Assembly (NCBI GenBank): GCA_951406725.2
Contig: OX597828.1
Span: forward strand, 14,012,001 to 14,076,000
DNA: 64,000 nt
Direction of reading: 5' to 3'
From: Octopus vulgaris
Lineage: Eukaryota
A program made the position numbers and the translations under genes. Below, piece by piece: positions 27,981-41,080 of the stretch. The notes under the pieces are model-generated. The model saw only the letters and a list, made by a program, of their open reading frames with translations. It had not been told where the DNA came from and did no database searches. Each line of letters starts with the position of its first letter. Position 1 is the first letter of the stretch.

Positions 27981-29971
27981 GTTATTATTATTAAGGCGGC
28001 GAGCTGGCAGAATTGTTGACACGCTGGACAAAATGCTTGGCGGTATTTAGTCCGTCTTTACGTTCTGAGTCCAAATTCCGACGAGGTCGACTTTGCCTTT
28101 CATCTTATCGAGTTCGATGAAATACACTAGCCCTTCCACCAAAATTTTAGGCTTTGTGCCTACAGTAGAAAGGATTGCTATTATTATTATTATCATTATT
28201 ATTGGTGATGGTAAATATGGTAATGATAGAGGTGGTGGTGGTAGTGGTGGTGGTGGTGGTGGTGGTGGAACCTTCCGTTTAAATTCACTTCTTTTATCAG
28301 CAGGACTAATGTCAACAACACACCCAGCCGTGGAGTGATATTCCTTTGATTCTGTTTTGTGTATGACGGTGTTTCATGTGTTCACTCTACGAAGAGAAGT
28401 GTATGCCAATACAAAGTGCCTTGTACACAATGAAATTATTTGATGTTCTTGTTTATATATTGCATTTTTTGTTTGTTTGTTTTTTTGTCAACATCTATTT
28501 CGTTGGTTATTTAAAAAAAAAAAGACTCCGCCGGTTACGACGACGAGGGTCCCAGCTGATACGATCAACAGAACAGCTTGCTCGTGAAATTAACGTGCAA
28601 ATGGCTGAGCATTCCACAGACACGTGTACCCTTAACGTAGTTCTCGGGGATAATCAGCGTGACACAGAGAGTGACAAGGCTGACCCTTTGAAATACAAGT
28701 ACAACTCATTTTTGCCAGCTGAGTGGACTGGAGCAACGTGAAATAAAGTGTCTTGCTCAAGGACACAACGCGTCGCCGGGAATCGAACTCACAACCTTAC
28801 GATCATGAGCCGAATGCCCTAACCACTAAGCCACGCGCCCTCACTTCGTTGGTTATAAATCTCCAAAGGTTCAAATCACTGATTCACTGTATTTGCAATG
28901 GTGAAAGTAACAAACGATTGTCTATACAACGCGGACGCAACAAATATCACAAGGGATATTATTTGCAGTTCTCGTCATGCCACTGAACGAGTGATGCTAA
29001 TTCAGAGCGTTGAAGGCAGGTATACTGAAAGAACACGCGCACGGAGCATCTCCAAATAGGGGAGGTAATTCAAAGCGTTGTGATCAAGTATAGAGAAAAT
29101 ATAAGTGTGCAATTCATGCCAAAAATATGGATGCTGACTCAGAATAATAGGTTCAAGGATATAGAAAGGACAGAGGCTCAATTTATCCCAAAGAAGTATA
29201 ATAACTGAAAACATTGATCGCGGGGATATTAAAAAGGCCTAACACAACGCACTTCCAAGAGATATCAGTTCAGAGTATTGATGGTGGGTATACAAGGAGA
29301 GGAGAGGCTCAATGCATCTTGGAGCTCGTTGGTCTCATGTCACCTCTAATCAGGTTCATATTTTGTGTTCAGCCGATTTCCGCTTCCTCTTGAGGACTTA
29401 AAAAAGTCAGTAATGTATGATTTGAAGGAAATTTGTTTGCTATTTCTATCAGGTCGAGCGACCATTTAGAAGCACCTTGTTGATATTAAACAAGCAGATC
29501 TAAAAGTTTTCCAGCCTTGATCATCCCATCATTTTCTATGTCAGGGTCTAAAATATCCATGTGTATCTTTCTATTTATTAGGACAGTAGAGTGTGTTATT
29601 TGTAGGATGTTTGACTGCTATTTCTAGCAAGTAGAGCGGCAACCGCGAAGAGGCGCTGTCATTGGTTTAGCATTCAACTACTAATCTTGCTACATCAATT
29701 ACAAACCATATTGTAGTATTGTTTCTATTGACTCTTATAATTAACCATCGTTCTGCACTGTTTGACTTGGTAATCTTTCAGACACTGCGTGGGTGGCTGA
29801 TATTCGCTTATGCGTGTATGCGGGTATAGTAAGTGTATATATGTATGTGTGTACATATATACATACACACGTGTGTGCGTGTGTGTGTATCTGTATGTAT
29901 ATGTGCGTATGTGTATACATACATACACATATACATGCATATATATATATATATATATGCATATACATATG

Positions 29972-30013
<42 letters not shown>

Positions 30014-30403
30014 TATACATACATATATATATATATATGCATATACATGTGATATATATATATACGCATATTTATACATGCCCCCTATGTGTGTGTGCAC
30101 ATACAGACATACATACATATATATATATATTTACAAATTGAGATAGGGGTTGTAAATGCAACCCTCCATGGGATAACATATATCCAATTTATATTCTCTT
30201 TTTTATATATATTCTACTTATTATACAACATTACTCTTTTATGTACACTTTTTTATGTACATTCCTTTATGTGCACTGATTTGTTCTGCTATTTTATGTT
30301 TAACCCTACAGTCTCTTATGTGGTGGTTTAATAAAGTATGTGATTGAGTATTATCTGGTAATTAATATTTGATTTAGATGTATTTCTCCATTTTCTTATC
30401 TTG

Positions 30404-30458
<55 letters not shown>

Positions 30459-30723
30459 TCAATATAGGGTGGCAAAAAAATTTTGTACAATTCTTTTGCC
30501 TCCAGCGGCCTAGTGGGAAAAAATTAAATAGTCATAAACCATTTTTACGTTCAACATCACAATCAAGGAACGGCCATAATAGGCCATTCACCCACTAGAA
30601 ATAACAGCCAAAAGCTTTAACCGCAAAATAACATTAATACCGTAAACCAGGAGAAAATTGAAAAACTTTTACCCTGTAATTTCTTAGACGATGCACCGTT
30701 TAACCGCAAAATAACATTAATAC

Positions 30724-30822
30724 CTTACTGATGAGTCTAAGGGCCTATGGTGGATTGGCTTGATTTAATTTAATCAGGTTAGTTTACCATTAAACGGTAG
30801 ATGAAACGGTGCATCGTCTAAG
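30724..30822 (+). ncRNA. Type I hammerhead ribozyme (stem I shortened to 4 bp by the junction)
   Basis: CTTA-CTGATGA-GTCTA...TAGAT-GAAA-CGGTGCATC-GTC-TAAG. Confidence 0.75.
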
Positions 30823-31210
30823 AAATTACAGGGTAAAAGTTTTTCAATTTTCTCCTGGTTTACGGTATTAATGTTATTTTGCGGTTAAAGCTTTTGGCTG
30901 TTATTTCTAGTGGGTGAATGGCCTATTATGGCCGTTCCTTGATTGTGATGTTGAACGTAAAAATGGTTTATGACTATTTAATTTTTTCCCACTAGGCCGC
31001 TGGAGGCAAAAGAATTGTACAAAATTTTTTTTGCCACCCTATATTGATTAATTATGAATTTTCTGGTTAGTTCCGTAATGGAATCGGTGGCTTATATTTA
31101 TTTGCTGCCGATAAATTTGGCGCGAGTGCGACGATTTGAAAATTTTAGGTCAGATATTGCCGAGGTAGCAAGAGGAATGCCTCGTGAAAAATATCTGTTC
31201 CGACTTGGCT

Positions 31211-31317
31211 ATTTCTTACTGATGAGTCTAAGGGCCTATGGTGGATTGGCTTGATTTAATTTAATCAGGTTAGTTTACCATTAAACGGTAGATGAAACGG
31301 TGCATCGTCTAAGAAAT
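31211..31317 (+). ncRNA. Type I hammerhead ribozyme, canonical core, extended stem II
   Basis: Stem I ATTTCTTA/TAAGAAAT (8 bp); CTGATGA; stem II GTCTA/TAGAT enclosing a 19-bp G-U-rich hairpin; GAAA; stem III ACGG-TGCA-TCGT; GUC site ending at 31309. Confidence 0.88.
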
Positions 31318-31435
31318 TACAGGGTAAAAGTTTTTCAATTTTCTCCTGGTTTACGGTATTAATGTTATTTTGCGGTTAAAGCTTTTGGCTGTTATTTCTA
31401 GTGGGTGAATGGCCTATTATGGCCGTTCCTTGATT

Positions 31436-31588
<153 letters not shown>

Positions 31589-31967
31589 CATATATATACA
31601 TATATATCAGATACTACAAAACACGGCCAGAACTAAAAACTCTCCATCTCCCCGCATTGAAAAGGGAGTTCGCTACTAAACCAGTCAAATTCTGTGATCA
31701 ATGGATTTTTGCAGTATGAGAGAGAGAGAGAGAGGGGGAGAGAGAGAGAGAGAGAGAGAGGGGGAGAGAGAGGGGGAGAGAGATGAGCAAAGGAAGTTAT
31801 CGTTGAGCATGTTGTGGAAAATAAAAATCAGCCAATTTCCGCTTCCTGTTGAAGACGATGTACGATGTTCCTTCCGACGCCAGACAATGGTAGACGATCA
31901 AGTTGACATAACACTGCCGATTGCCATTTAGTTGTTGATGTGTTTATGTATTTAATGCTGTAGCTAT

Positions 31968-32036
<69 letters not shown>

Positions 32037-32054
32037 CGCGCGCGTGCGTGCGTG

Positions 32055-32109
<55 letters not shown>

Positions 32110-32408
32110 GAGAACGGAGATTTACGCATCCATATTTTATTATAGTTATTTGGCCAGCCCATATATATATATATATATGGGCTGGCCAGATTGGAGCAAT
32201 CTCGAATATAACCAGCCGAAATTGCAATGATAATCTGGAACTCGACTGAGGATAAAAAAACTCCTTGTTTTCTTTGTATCGTCTGTCTGGATGTTTTGTG
32301 TTCTTGTCCCATTTTTGTATTTTATATATATATAGATAGATATATATTTAAAATTTCGTGTAAGACACATCCATCTCGTTAGATGTGGCCACCTCTCCGA
32401 ACGTTCAA

Positions 32409-32458
32409 ACATCTGACGAAGTAGACGTGTTCTACACCCACGAAACTTTAAGTGATGT
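32409..32458 (+). ncRNA. Hammerhead-like motif, probably inactive (GUG at cleavage site)
   Basis: ACAT-CTGACGA-AGTAGA..TCTAC..-GAAA-CTTTAAG-TG-ATGT. Confidence 0.45.
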
Positions 32459-32852
32459 GTAGCTGAGTCTCTCTCTTATTAAATGTAGGAAACTCTTACC
32501 ACATGTGTTAAGCTTCACTTTCTTTATTCCCTTCAATCACTCGCGCGTGTATGTGTATATGTCTGAGTGTTTTTATGTATCTATATGTATGTATGTGTGC
32601 GTATGTGTGTGCGTGCGTATATATATGTGTGTGTATGTATGTCTATATATATAGGTATGTATTTGTGTGTGTGTGTGTGTGTAACCACATGTGAATCCCT
32701 GCTGACGTTCTGGGATTCAGAAGCAAACACGGTCAATTACGGATAGTGGTCAAAGGGAGACAATCCCTTATTGACAAATAGTAAGGATGTCTTTTCTTCC
32801 TCCATTTTCTAGAGAGGTGATTTGCTGGAGAGGCTATAGGCAAACGGGTTTT

Positions 32853-32911
32853 GGGTCTGAATAAACGCTGTAAACTTAAGCACTTTATGGACGCGAAACA
32901 CTGAGTAACTC
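32853..32911 (+). ncRNA. Degenerate hammerhead motif; sister copy at 36131-36191
   Basis: GGGT-CTGAATA...GAAA-CACTGAG-TA-ACTC; sister reads CCGACGA-G...C-GAAA-CCCGGGG-TA-ACTCC; upstream 100 bp also related. Confidence 0.4.
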
Positions 32912-33238
32912 CATACACCGGACATATCTATCTTTATATATATATATACAGTCATATATATAATTCAACATGTGCAACTGTTAACCCGTAACTCTCTTTT
33001 TTTCTTTTTTCACCCCACCCCACCCCCACCGCCATTTGTTTTCTATCGTCATTCATTTCTGTAGAAGAGCGTAAGCTCAAAATGTCAATGATTCTTCCAC
33101 TTTTCCAGAGTGTCGAACTAATAGACTAAACCATGCGTAGGCTCGAAACGGCAACGTCGAGCGTTAAACTAATACACCTGCCTGTTGTTCCCTCACCTGC
33201 CTTCCATTTTCTTTTCTATAAATTTTAACTATACATAT

Positions 33239-33300
<62 letters not shown>

Positions 33301-33399
33301 CGGGAAGCTTTATGAAAATAAACAAAAGACGAAGGCAGGTGGAATACAAACAAACAATTGTATTAGTATGGCGCTCAGGAAATATAAATAAAACAAGTC

Positions 33400-33433
33400 T
33401 TTTACGTTTCGAGCCTACGCTCTTCAACAGAAA
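33400..33433 (-). ncRNA. Minimal hammerhead-like motif
   Basis: Minus strand: TCTTT-CTGTTGA-A-GAGCGTAGGCTC-GAAA-CG-TA-AAAGA, 5-bp stem I. Confidence 0.5.
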
Positions 33434-33882
33434 GATACACAGAAAGAAGGAGAGAAAAAATGCGTGCAGAGGCTAGCGAATCAACATGGCGATCTGATTT
33501 CGGCCAGAAGTCAATACACACATGTGTATGTATTGATTTCCTTTTTTTTTTTTTTGAACCAATGAAATCATAAGGTGAAAGGAAAGGGTTAATATGGCGG
33601 CTACAAATGAGTTGTTTCCGTTGTTGTTAGTTACATTTTGCTAGTTGTAGCAATAATCCCGGTGGATGTTCCATTCTCGGCAGTGATGAATGCGTTCAAT
33701 GAATGAGTGGGCGGCAAAACAAAGCTAACAGAAGTCGACAAGAGAATTAACATAAGGAAATATATATTACATGGTTTACAATAGAAAGCTTCTGTTAGTA
33801 TTTCTCTCTCCCTCTCTCTCTCTCTCTCTTCTTGATATATATACATATGCATATATACAAACATACATTTGTATATATAGAG

Positions 33883-33955
<73 letters not shown>

Positions 33956-34033
33956 TATGTATATGTATATATATGTGTGTGTATGTATATATATATATAT
34001 ATACGCATGTATACATATGCATCTGTTTATATA

Positions 34034-34078
<45 letters not shown>

Positions 34079-34193
34079 GCATGTGTACACATGCATTTCT
34101 TTATATATGTGTGTGTGTGTATATATATATACACACACGCATGTATACATATGCATTTGTTTATATGTGTGTGTGCATATATATTTATATATG

Positions 34194-34230
<37 letters not shown>

Positions 34231-34255
34231 GCATGTATACATATGCATTTGTTTA

Positions 34256-34311
<56 letters not shown>

Positions 34312-35303
34312 GACATATATATATATGTAGGTATATATGTTTGCATGGACATACATTTACGTATGTATCTATTCATCTATTTATCCGTATATGCGTGTGT
34401 ATAGATATGTGTATCTATCTATCTATCTATTAATCTATATGTGTGTGTGTGTGTGTGTGTACACACATATAGAGATATACATGTAATTATGTATACACAC
34501 ACACATGCACACACACACACATGCACACACACACACACACACACACAGTGTGTGGGTGAGAGATTTTGTTCAGTCTGCAATTAAACTAAACGGTATATAA
34601 AGTCTCCGGTTAATATAAAGGACGCCATACAATGGACCTTGTAGAGTATTGAAAGATATTTGTTACAATTATACCAAACGTAGCAGAACGGTTGTTTTGT
34701 TTCGATGAACGTTATGCTCTTTTACCAGAGAACACGGACGGTTTCTAAGCAATGAGAGTAAATAGCAGAGATATAAATCAGCATAGAACCAGATTCGATA
34801 CAGTCAAATCAAACATTATTTCATTTGGCTGTATCGAAGCTTGTTCAAAGCTAGTGACGTATGCTGCTGTTGTAGTTTTTTTATTATCTGCTCTCAGATA
34901 CTAACCTTATTCACTCTTGAATATCCGTTGTTGAAAACGGTTGTTGATACAATAGTGATAACACAGACACACACATACTAGAATCATCTGGCGAGACGGA
35001 CGAGACCAATGCGCCTACGGAAGTTTAAGTCGTATGGAGCTGAATTAAACTTATTAAAGATATATGTAACTCTTACCAAATTTGTTGAGTGCTATATATA
35101 TATATATTTATATAATAGAAATATGTTACAAAAAGAAAATAGAAGCTACACGTGGAAATGTAAGGGGAAAGTAAGAAGAAAAATAAGCGAAAATGCACAT
35201 TGGAAATCAAAAGTAGTAAAGGCTTTTTTATAAAAAGTAACGATAGATATATACAATTGGAGGAACTGAGGTAGGAATAAAAGTAATAAAAGTGATTAAG
35301 AGA

Positions 35304-35350
35304 TTCAAAAGCATACCGGTTTCGTGAATTTTCTAATCATTGCTTTGAAT
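35304..35350 (-). ncRNA. Minimal hammerhead motif, A3-U8 core variant
   Basis: Minus strand: ATTCAAAGCA-ATGATTA-GAAAATTCAC-GAAA-CCGG-TA-TGCTTTTGAAT; extended stem I, palindromic CCGG. Confidence 0.5.
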
Positions 35351-35355
35351 GCACA

Positions 35356-35431
<76 letters not shown>

Positions 35432-35537
35432 TAATCCAAACAAGGAAACACAGAAAAAAAGAGAAAAAAAAACACAGCAACGCAGGACGTGGAACAATTA
35501 AAGTATTATTGACGCTCAGGAAAGAAGGGAAGGAGAG

Positions 35538-35570
35538 TTTAACGTTTCGAGCGGCGCTCTTCGTCGGAAA
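35538..35570 (-). ncRNA. Minimal hammerhead-like motif (CCGACGA core); inverted relative at 35745-35773 (+)
   Basis: Minus strand: TTT-CCGACGA-A-GAGCGCCGCTC-GAAA-CG-TT-AAA. Confidence 0.5.
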
Positions 35571-35867
35571 CAAGGAGAAGGAAAGATCCCAAGAAGGGAA
35601 GACAGAGGAAAAAATATTTGAGCTGGTGGTGCTCAAGAGATCACATGTTGAAAGAACAGAAGTTGAGAGGTAGTCGATATATATAACTACACACGTGCTG
35701 TTGGCAATTTCTTTTACTTCTTTGAACTTTTCCCTTTCTCCTCTCCGACGAAGAAGTATGCTCGAAACGTCAAATTCTCTCCTTGTGCACGTCCGCTTGT
35801 CCGTAAATTTTATTATTCATTTATTTGAATTGATTGTTTATTTAAATTGACTAGATAGATAGATAGG

Positions 35868-36005
<138 letters not shown>

Positions 36006-36205
36006 TCGTCAGTAAAGCACACTAAGTTATAGAGTGTAAGGTAATTAGATAAAGATAGTTATGGTCGGTGTATTGCCACGAGGTCTTTTCTTTCTCCACT
36101 TTTAAGAGAAGTTATAAGCTGCCGGCCATTAGGTTCCGACGAGATGCTGTAAGGCTTGGCGCTTTATGGATGCGAAACCCGGGGTAACTCCATAGATATA
36201 TATAA

Positions 36206-36713
36206 CTAGCAGTATCGCCCGGCGTTGCTCGGGTTTGTAAGGGAAATAACTATATAAGCATTTTTAGAGTTACTTCCCTTATAGATGCCAATTCGGGCTT
36301 TCTTAGCCATTTCTGTTTTGGTGTCTTCAAGCCATGAAGTCGTTGTTCTAAAAGAACGCTGGTCTTCTTCACAACGCTTTACGACGTTGATTTCCTTACA
36401 CTCCCTTCCCCACAGCTTCACGAGGGAGGGAAGAAGGGGGAGAACACAGGTGCAGGTGTGACCATGGACGCCAACTCCTCTGCCATCGACACACGAAAAA
36501 ATATGCATTAAAATGGAATAAAAAATTATGTTAAATTATTTTTAAAATCGTAGACTCATCGTAGACGCGCGCTAATACGCAGACGGGCTCGATATGAATC
36601 ACGACTATAAGATACCCGAATTTGGTTAAACTGCACCGCAAAATGTGGGAGTAGTTAGGAATCTAAATCGAAGGGGACAGACAATCACACAACTACAGTT
36701 TTATATATATAGA
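36206..36713 (-). mobile_element. Non-autonomous Helitron
   Basis: Minus strand TCTATATATATAAAA start, CCCGAGCAACGCCGGG hairpin and CTAG end; A/T insertion site. Confidence 0.8.
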
Positions 36714-37326
36714 TAGCCCACATACTTAGACGTGATCTGTCGCCTCGGTTCTCAAGTCTTTATCAAATGTAAACATATCGACAAATTGCATTTGTTAAGC
36801 AGAAGAACACCCCCCCCCCCTCAGGATTAAGCATGCAATCTCACAAACTTGGACCTTCACCCTGTTGAATTAATTTACATCCAGTATAATAATTCTGATT
36901 CGAACAGGCCAAAGAGACGCAACTCTTAATTTTCTTTTTTCATATTCCAGTTCATTTTTTGTTTTTGTTTTTTGTTTTTTTTACTTTCCTTTCTTGTCCT
37001 TTCTCCTGTTTCCTCAAAGGCCTACATCCTTTCTCCTTTTTTTCTCAGAAAAGACCGGCCATATTGTATATTTGAATTTAAAAGATTGTTTGGAAACACA
37101 AGCACGCTATACAAGCTTTACGGATTATCGTATTTTCACAACATGAAGCTTATAGTAGCGCGCGTGCGCGCACGAGTATGCGTGTGTATGTTTGCACGTG
37201 TGTATGCATGCATGCGTGAAAGTAAGTGTGTGCTTGTGTCTTTGTTGCCTCTACTGCTTGACAACTGGTATTGGTTTGTTTATACACACACACATATATA
37301 TACTTTATATATATATATATATATAT

Positions 37327-37462
37327 AACGTAAAGTATACTAGCCATCTCAATATGGCTAACCATTAAGGGTGGGTGTTACTGTAGCTTTTAGCCCCAGG
37401 AGATCAAGTAACACCCACCCTTAATGGTTAGCCATATTGAGATGGCTAGTATACTTTACGTT
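37327..37462. repeat. Perfect 56-bp inverted repeat with 24-nt spacer
   Basis: 37327-37382 is the reverse complement of 37407-37462; adjoins (TA)n. Confidence 0.9.
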
Positions 37463-37521
37463 GTCGAGCAGTTACTGTTTACATCTCGTTCAGAGATTTA
37501 TTATTGCTATATATATATTTA

Positions 37522-37614
37522 TTTAAAAGCAGCAGAAATATAACAAAACTGCCCGACGAACGGGAACGTGAAACTCTGAGTAACAGCTTTTGATATATTC
37601 CTGCTGCTTTTAAA
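37522..37614 (+). ncRNA. Type I hammerhead motif with long imperfect stem I
   Basis: CTGC-CCGACGA-ACG-GGAA-CGT-GAAA-CTCTGAG-TA-ACAG; outer arms TTTAAAAGCAGCAG / CTGCTGCTTTTAAA. Confidence 0.6.
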
Positions 37615-37687
37615 CAAAGCATATTACTCTACCTCTGGTATTTGAGTACTCTTTTTTCCACCTTGTTTCACATTTATGTGCTTACTC

Positions 37688-37781
<94 letters not shown>

Positions 37782-37782
<1 letters not shown>

Positions 37783-38968
37783 TAGAGTGAACTGTTAGAG
37801 ATAATATGTCATTATTCAGAGTTTCATACTCGGAACCGCTAAAAGTATCATGAAACGAATACGAACTCAACTTCTTACTTGAACATTAACATCATATATA
37901 ACTTGTTATCTCCTCACTATGTCCAGTAATGCATTATGGGATCGGAAATATAATAAGGGTCATAATCATTACATGTATTGCTGGGATCTATTTTCCTTCG
38001 ATTAGTTAAACATAAAACATATAAGACTTCTAGGATTTATATAATTTACCAAAGAAGAAGGCTGTTAAATGATATTATTGGTGTTTGTCAATATGGAAAG
38101 TTTATGAGTGGAAATAATTAAGGTGGCTATGACTGTATTGATATATGTTATTGTGTATTACAGATAGGAAATGACGTTATAAAACGCCAGACCCCATAGA
38201 TATCAGGAGTATACCATTGTGAGTTAAAACTGAGGAGGAAAATAGAAACAGTTGACTGCTCCTGCTAAATAGTTAAGGGAAGTGGTGTAATCTCCTTATG
38301 CTTCAGTAAGTATTTTTTGAAGTGGTGACATTTAGTGAAGAGTTCTGATCTGACATTTAAGTAAGAGAGCTCGAAACTTTTTGTAGCTTTTTGTATGGTC
38401 TGTATCTGATGAAAATCTTCCACTTCATATCACGTGTATTAATGTTCTTCTAAATACCAGATATTATCAGATAGTTTTGTTGCAATCTTCGTTTCTATAT
38501 TTCTGAGGGAAGAAGTATCATTGTTTGGATTTACTTTCCACCATACTTACATCTTTTCATACAAGTAGTGGTGATTTCTTCCGCATTCATTATCACTTCA
38601 GCATTGCATACCTAATTAAGTGGGAACGCATTTATTTCTATATTTGGCATTAGCTTCTGTTAATTTAGCTAGTGTGATTGTTATTCTTTAGTTGACGGTA
38701 CAGCTATAACACAGCTTAATGCTATTGCTGTTCAATAATTTTCTGTATCGATAGTTGATGCAATATTTATTAAGAGTAGGAAGATTTGAGCAATGTTAAA
38801 CTTAACATTCAAAAAGGTAGGGAAGTGTGAACGAGATAATATTGCGGCACTGCCTCATACTGCTTGGCAGAGATTTAGGATCATACACGAGCTTATCATT
38901 AAATGTGCTAGCATCTAGTGCTTTATTGTAGTAGAGAACTGCATTGTGGAAATTATTTTCGACAGTTC
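37782..38968 (-). mobile_element. Decayed Penelope-like element 3' half (RT-EN linker, endonuclease C-terminus, tail)
   Basis: Fragments YYNKALDAS..RNIISFTLPY, NVKFNIAQIFL, RKLLNSNSIKLCYSC and YLNVRSELFTKCHHFKKYLL match Penelope-type ORF motifs; ends at (TA)n. Confidence 0.7.
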
Positions 38969-39814
38969 GTAAAGTGGCTGTGTGGTAAGTAGCTTGCTTA
39001 CCAACCACATGGTTCTGGGTTCAATCCCACTGCGTGGCAACTTGGGCAAGTGTTTTCTACTATAGCCTCGGGTCGACCAAAGCCTTGTGAGTGGATTTGG
39101 TAGACAGAAACTGAAAGAAGCCCGTCGTATATATGTACATGTATATGAGTGTGTGTTTGTGTCCCCCCCCCCTCCAACATCGCTTGACAACTGATGCTGG
39201 TGTGTTTACGTCCCCGTAACTTAGCGATTTGGCAAAAGAGACTGATAGAATAAGTACTGGGGTCGATTTGCTCGACTAAAGGCGGTGCTCCAGCATGGCC
39301 GCAGTCAAATGACTGAAACTAGTAAAAGAGTAAAGAGTATATAATTAATTAGATTTTTTTTAATTATGAAAGAATAACAGGAATCTATATTAATAATATG
39401 TCATTAGGTTTGACACATAGTTTGTGAATAATTAGTTTTCTTTTTTTTTCTTTTTTTTTCAACGATTGAACTCAAAATAGAAAAATTATTACAGCATGTA
39501 TTGGACTAAACGTTGGATTAAAAGGCTGCTCGTGAGACAAATTTATAACTCATATACCATTATCGGACACAATGAGAAAATAACATTCCATATAAGTCGT
39601 TGATGTTCAAGTAAACGGTTAAGTTTTCGTTCGTCTGATATAGTTTGTATTTGTCTGTGGTTCGCTTGCTAGTAAAGTCTAGGAAATTTAAATATGTAAG
39701 TTACTGGTGATAGTTATATTTTGATGAAATTTTTGAAGCAGTTAATATGGTACTTTCTGAGTGTATCTAATGTGCGTCAAATGACACACATTAGATACAA
39801 AAGGTCAATAAATA

Positions 39815-40322
39815 CTTGCCATTACATTTTTAATCAACCAAATATAAACCATTTTGTTGCACAATGCATCTCCATCTTTCCTTTAACTTCAAAATACCCT
39901 CTTCCCAGAATCGAGGTGGTTTCATGGCAAAGAATTCATCAAGGTATCTTTTTACGTCATCCAAGGAATTGAAATTTTTACCATTAAGACTATTCTGCAG
40001 AGACCTGGATAAGTGGAAATCCGAAGGAGCAATATCTGGTGAATATGGAGGGTGAGGTAACACATCCCAGCCGAGCTGCAGCAATTTTTGTCTGGTTCCC
40101 AAAGCATCAAGTGCCGAAAATGGACTTTCTTATCTTCCATTTTAAAGGGTTACAGAATTAACACAGGTTATAGGAACACAAATCTTCTTCCACGAAAAGA
40201 TAGCTTAAACTGTGCTCTAAATGGAGGTGTAGTCAAATCCTATTTTATAGACTTAACCATGTTGTAAAATAAGTCAAAATGTAAGCTACTATAAATCGGC
40301 ACGAACTTTCCAGACAACCCAA
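39815..40322 (-). mobile_element. Internally deleted mariner (second family)
   Basis: 5' TIR TTGGGTTGTCTGGAAAGTTCGTGCCG next to TA; start MEDKKVHFRHLML fused to LGWDVLPHPPYSPDIAPSDFHL...LKERWRCIVQQNGLY. Confidence 0.85.
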
Positions 40323-40329
40323 TAGTATA

Positions 40330-41080
40330 TTGAACACAGATTTTTCTGACTGAAGATACAATGAAAAGAAATGAAAGTATCTGGATCGGATAATACTTTT
40401 TGTTATCCGTGCAATAAACCTTTCATGTTTTCCTGTAATGGAAATTTAGTGAGTATGTACATTCACTCACTAATTTAATCAAATTTAGTCCGACTTCACG
40501 ACATTTATCGTGAAAGTTTGTTAAGATATCTATTCCTCGCGTTCTACCCATAAGAGTACCCAAAGCCAGTAACTCTTCGTAGCAAATAAAATCTTCTGTT
40601 ATTGTCCAAATGAAGTATAAAACCTGCGCTGAATCAGTAGTATCAGTTGATTCATCGAAAGCGGTGGAATGATATATATTACCTTTTGAAGTATTGTGTG
40701 AAGTTGTTCTATTGGCTAATTCATGCTGCCGGTCAGTTATGGTTCTCCTAAAAAAAGTTGCTTGTACTTTGAAACTTTATCGGGGTTTAAGCATCCTACA
40801 ACTTCGACAACGTATTCTTTTACGATTTTCACATCGCTGAATGGCTTCTTTTTCCCCGAGTATATAAACCACTCCATAAGTTGCTTCAGTGACATTGTTT
40901 CCGTGTCTTACCTCTGCTTGAAATAACTGTCTTTGCTTTCGCTTTTCATCTTTTAATTTCGCATCCCTCTTTCTAATTTGAAACATTTGTGGTTCTTATG
41001 AGTGGCATAATGCTGATGTGCATTGCATTTCTTCAATGTTGATATTGCAACTGTAATGAATGGCTCCTTAGTACATCACA
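40330..41080 (-). pseudogene. hAT (SPIN/Charlie/GTF2IRD2-like) transposase relic
   Basis: STLKKCNAHQHYATHK; TEATYGVVYILG; STAFDESTDTTDSAQVLYFI..EELLALGTLMGRTRGIDI; FHCIFSQKNLC (CxxH motif region). Confidence 0.8.
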
